The notes beneath the pieces are model-generated. The model saw nothing but the letters and a program-made list of their open reading frames with translations, ran no database searches and was not told the DNA's origin. Position numbers and translations under genes: made by a program. A stretch of DNA of 64,000 nucleotides from positions 558,001 to 622,000 of the forward strand of contig ML996704.1 in assembly GCA_010356995.1 (NCBI GenBank), written 5' to 3'. This document shows, one piece after another, positions 60,759 through 64,000 of this stretch (positions are counted from its first letter, which is position 1; every line of letters starts with the position of its first letter). Source of the stretch: Trichodelitschia bisporula. Taxonomy: Eukaryota.

Positions 60759-63700
60759 ATGACTCACTCGCCTTTATCGCCATCACGTGTCAAGGTTGTA
60801 GCGCTTCCTGTCGGGAAGATCAGACGCTCCCGATTTACCACTTTTTTTGATGCCTTAACACGCGTCAATGAAGTACGGCTCGGCGACGTGAGCCCGGATC
60901 CACGCCCGAATCGAAGTACGCTCGGCGTTGCCTGCGGTAGACGCCCGCTAACTACTGCAGACTTGTTTTCTCCTCAGGCATTTCCGGATGGCACTGTCTT
61001 TTACGAGTTTGCTACGGCGGTGCCACCCCAATCTCACCTTCAGCTGTCTCCATTTGAGATCTTTCGTGAACCTCTCGTCATCATCGGTATTGGAGATGCA
61101 GCGGAGTATCGCGATGAGAGCTCGTCAACAGGTGTAGATGCTCCAGAAGAAGGCGCATCCAGCTATTTGGGCGAATTCGAGGCTGCGATAGCCAGTCTCA
61201 AGGAAGAGTATGCTCGTGTGCCTTTGCATAAGGTGATCCTCTTCGACTTCAAGCCATCTGTTCCGGTCACACCGCTCCCGGAGGATGTTATGTCTGTTCC
61301 ACCACAGCAGCAATGGAAAACGACTACGATAAAGACCTTGATGTGCGACGTCACGTCTGCATTGCTCGGCGAAATGACAACTCTTGCCCAGTCTATAAAA
61401 GGCCTGCCCACAGTAGCTTCGCCCTCCGCACCACAGTACAATGGCCCTGGATTTAGGCTACACGAGGATCTTGCACCTTTGAGCCGCAGCAATTCTGGAG
61501 GTGGCATCAGCCGCTCGGGCTCACCTGCAGACGGGTTCCAGGCGCATCGCATGTCCATGCCGGTGTTGCCTTCGTCAAATTTCGCATCTGGAGGCGACTC
61601 ACCGACACCTGAAAGTGGATATCACACTCCGCCAGCGAAGACCTTTGATGAGATTGCCAGCAACGAGCAGGGACTTGCAGGACTCAAAGGCTCGAGAGCC
61701 CTTCCGGCGAACCAGTCACGGGACCCGAGTCGGGATCGAGTATCGGTGCACGGGTTCGGTCCAGGGAGTATCAACGAGCGGAATCGTAACAAGGGAAAAT
61801 GCCGAGTAGGAATCGTCATTGGGTCGCTGTACCTCCAGGCGGGGAGGTGGCATGACGCGTTTCGGGACCTCGCCGACGGGGCTGTGAAGGCTCGATCGTA
61901 TAGCGATCATTTGTGGCAGGCGAAGTCGCTGGAGAATCTCATGAGTTGCATGCTTTTGCTTGCGTGGTCTGGAGCCACCTTCGAGGTTTGTCTTCCCTAC
62001 TCTTGTCTTTTGCTATACTGACAGTTCTAGATCCCACCAGTGTGCTATCCCGTTCCAGAAAGACCATCAAGCTCAAAATCGGGGTCATCTGTGCCCCAAA
62101 GTCCCCCGCCTGACCCAGCACTTGCCTCCAGGCCACATACCGATCTCCTCCGAGAATTGCGGAATCTCCTCCCCGACATGATAAATATGATCATCAGCAT
62201 CTACGCGCGTTCCGGCAACTTCTCGGGCGAACCTGTTCCTCAGCTTGTGTTCTCCGAGTTCGTCATCCGCTCCGCCAAAATTCTGACTGCAATCAATCTT
62301 GCAGGGGGTGTTCTGAGCAAAGATGTTCTCCAGCATGTTGTTAGGGATACCCCTTTAGAGGCATACGTACCCGACCTCTCCATCACTAGGGCAAGCATCC
62401 ACCCATCAAGATCATCGATAGCCGACCTTCTTCTTCGGGCTATTCCGGAATCGTCTGAGCAATCGGGAATAACGCCACTGGACCAAGTCCTTGTTCTGGC
62501 TGGCATAGCATCTGCGTTTTCCACACTCGGATTCCAGCGCAAGAAGGCAATGCTGATGAAGGAATACCTTTCAGCGCTAACACAGGCGCTAGTACAGGCG
62601 AAAAAGCAGAGCGCCGCGGAAGCTGGAATCCACCCCTCTGCTAATCTGACAGCTGCTGCTACCGCACTAGCTGGAGAAGCCGAAAGTGGCATCGAGGAAG
62701 TCCTCAATCTATTATGCCAGGTCTATGGTATCCCGGAGTCGAAATGGTCCCGCTCCATCGGCTCAGATGCCTTGCTGCAAGATCCATCCGAACCTTCCGG
62801 TAGGCAAGAAGCTACAATCCATAAGCCCGCCCCGCTACCGGAGCAGCTTGTCGGCAACTTCGTCCTACGCTTCTTCGGCAGCATAAATGTGAAGACCGAT
62901 GTGTTGAAGACATGCATTGAGCTTTGTGAGGCCCTACCCGATTTTCACGGCATCTTGCACTACACGTCGGCACTGCTGCGCACTGCCGGACCGGGGATTG
63001 CGCCGAGCACGGATACGAGTGACGTTCTCGTCACACTATCTAAGGAGGAACAGATTCTGCTCGCGAACAGAATCACAAAGACCGTTGCCGATGGCAGAGC
63101 TCTGGGTTTGCGCGTCGAAGCTGAATACTGGGACGAGTTCCTTGTCCGAGGAATCTACCTTGTCAGGCCGGAACAACCGCTCGTCTTGCATCCTCACCGG
63201 AGATCAGACGCCGAGATCCAGAAGAAGGCCGAGAAGCGTGGTCCCTTCATCCACAACCCCTTTCTGGAGAAGAGAGAAGCCAAGGCTGAAAATCTGCTGG
63301 TCGCTGGGGATACAAGCGAGTTCGTAGTCTTGCTCCAAAACCCTTACGATTTCGACGTCGACATAGAGCACATCAAGCTCATCGCCGAAGATGAGTGTTT
63401 TGCATCCGCTCAGAACCTAGCTTTGAAGCCGTACCGCACGCAGAGCTTCTCGGTATCGGGTATCGTATCGAAGACAGGAGAGTTATTCATCGATAGCTGT
63501 ACCGTCAAGGTTAAGGGATGCCGTGAGCGGAGCTTTCCCATCTTCAGCGAACCGTGGGCACCGCAGAGCGATATTAAGCTGAAAAGCGTCGGCCTCCTCA
63601 AAGCCCAGCATCCTCCCGCTTCTCGCCCAACCTCTGACGCATCCATTTTTGGGCGTCAGACTCCTGCACGCTCATTCCCAATCCCCTCTACTGTCTCGCT

Positions 63701-64000
63701 GGCCGTCATACCAGCGCAGCCCTCCGTCACCGTCTCTAAGATTTCGCTTCCCCAATCAGCTCTTATGCTGCTCGAAGGCGAACAACAAACATTCGCCGTC
63801 TCATTCCAAAATACATCGACGACCCCTGCCGACTTCATATACATCTCATTCCGCGATTCGGTCTCAACCGCAATCCAAGAAGCGCTCACGAACAAAACCC
63901 TGTCACCCGCCGAACTCTACGAGCTCGAATACCAACTCACAAAGAACCCAGCCATCCGCCTCCGCGATAACGCACCCGAATCTATCGCACCGGGCGCGAC
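60759..64000 (+). CDS. TRS120: TRAPP II subunit Trs120/TRAPPC9 (runs off the 3' end of the window)
   Basis: 'SPLSPSRVKVVALPVG..VRLGDVSPD..FSPQAFPDG', 'LSPFEIFREPL', 'GSLYLQAGRW..DHLWQAKSLE', 'LGFQRKKA', 'GPFIHNPF', 'LQNPYDF'. Confidence 0.93.

Overview
Eukaryotic genomic DNA from a filamentous ascomycete (Pezizomycotina, possibly Dothideomycetes; taxon inferred from short GT-AG introns with CTAAC/CTGAC branch sites and from gene content). The core genes are YME2, IWS1, NUP57, NDUFA8, an Argonaute, GGC1, YPT1/Rab1, CTF4/sepB, CHZ1, GLT1, APC15, a SUZ12-like gene, PGA1, alpha-tubulin, a WW/prion-like protein, a sacsin-like GHKL/DUF3684 protein and a 5'-partial TRS120. Two accessory-looking islands (about 36-40 kb and 43-48.2 kb) carry orphans and decayed genes. 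Strongest observations: (1) a nested spliceosomal twin intron ([D3,4] stwintron) in YPT1, where removing an internal intron rebuilds a perfect GTAAGT donor; (2) a SUZ12 homologue fused to a PHD finger that lacks the H3K4me3 aromatic cage; (3) a derelict island holding an SRPK-like kinase pseudogene interrupted by a 174-bp solo LTR with a 5-bp TSD, plus a phosphoesterase fragment and a possible DUF3435/Starship captain fragment truncated at one shared junction; (4) an Argonaute with ten 11-aa SPxK repeats; (5) a GHKL ATPase fused to an HExxH metalloprotease-like domain. No rRNA, tRNA or CRISPR array was recognised. Family assignments come from motif recognition by eye, not from database searches.
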